Positions 33,777-34,445 of a DNA stretch of 34,445 nt are shown piece by piece; position 1 is the stretch's first letter; each line of letters opens with the position of its first letter. The stretch lies in the IMG/VR virus record IMGVR_UViG_3300042196_000194, positions 1 through 34,445 of that record, one strand, 5' to 3'. The DNA comes from a virus (Duplodnaviria > Caudoviricetes). Both the position numbers and the translations under genes were made by a program. The notes below the pieces were generated by a model. It saw nothing but the letters and a program-made list of their open reading frames with translations, was not told the origin of the DNA and made no database searches.

Positions 33777-34445
33777 ATGGGTGGAAAGAGTAGTGGCACT
33801 GCCACATCGACCCAAAATGCCGACCCGTGGGCTCCCTTACAGCCCTACCTAAAGACTGGGATGTCTGCCGCTGAGCAGAACATCCTCAACACCCCTACGT
33901 CATACTTTCCCAGCTCTACCGTAGCTGACTTCTCCCCGGCGGGCATCGCCGCGCTTCTGGCGCAGCAGAACCGTGCCCTGGAGGGAAGTCCGTTAAACAC
34001 AGCGGCGCAAGATTACACTGGAAACACGCTCGGTGGGCAGTACTTACTCTCTAACCCCGCGCTCAATGATCTCTCTGCGTTTTCAAGTGGAGGTCAGACG
34101 GGGACAAATCCTGGGTATGACCTATTTAACCCGGTAGCCTCAGGAGCTACTATGGGCCTCAACCCGATCTACGACAGCGCCGGGGGCTTTGCCCAGGGAC
34201 AGTACGTAGGCAGCAACCCGCTCTATGGCCTAGCCGCGGGGGAGGCTACCGGACAAAACGTAGGTTCTAACCCTGCAAATCAGATGGTCGGAGGAATAGC
34301 CCAAGGCGACAACATGACGTACAACCCGACGTACGGGGCCGTCATGCCCGCGGCGTATGGCGCTGACATCGGGACAAACATTGGCTACGGTCTGTTAGGC
34401 GACACGGCGACCGGGCAGTACCTCAACTCTAACCCGTATCTGGAC
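33777..34445 (+). CDS. putative ejection/pilot protein (partial, runs off window)
   Basis: GGAGG RBS; MGGKSSGTATSTQNADPWAPLQPYL.. open to the window end; Gly/Asn/Gln-rich with recurring NP. Confidence 0.7.
   Translation, partial: MGGKSSGTATSTQNADPWAPLQPYLKTGMSAAEQNILNTPTSYFPSSTVADFSPAGIAALLAQQNRALEGSPLNTAAQDYTGNTLGGQYLLSNPALNDLSAFSSGGQTGTNPGYDLFNPVASGATMGLNPIYDSAGGFAQGQYVGSNPLYGLAAGEATGQNVGSNPANQMVGGIAQGDNMTYNPTYGAVMPAAYGADIGTNIGYGLLGDTATGQYLNSNPYLD

Overview
Segment of a tailed dsDNA phage with podovirus-like morphogenesis genes; the host cannot be determined from the sequence. Left to right: (i) a GC-rich rightward run of small genes ending in a BCS1-like AAA ATPase; (ii) an AT-rich non-coding stretch with iteron-like RTACTCC repeats; (iii) leftward early-type cassettes, each driven by a sigma70-like promoter whose -35 box is half of a shared TTTACA-N3-TGTAAA palindrome; (iv) a promoter-driven ~1 kb non-coding array (6866-7883) of ~29 units of ~35 nt, in which two different short repeats alternate with two ~8-nt variable spacers. 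This is TIGR (tandem interspaced guide RNA)-like architecture, but no Nop-domain/Tas gene is recognisable in the window, and it is the most notable feature; (v) small accessory genes, including a GGQ release-factor-like protein; (vi) packaging/head genes (terS, terL, portal, scaffold, N4-gp56-like capsid) interleaved with a DHH phosphoesterase and two paralogous 'EVQSD' proteins; (vii) a five-gene glycan-modification cluster; (viii) adaptor, tail and ejection genes running off the right end. All functional calls come from motif recognition by eye; no database searches were run.
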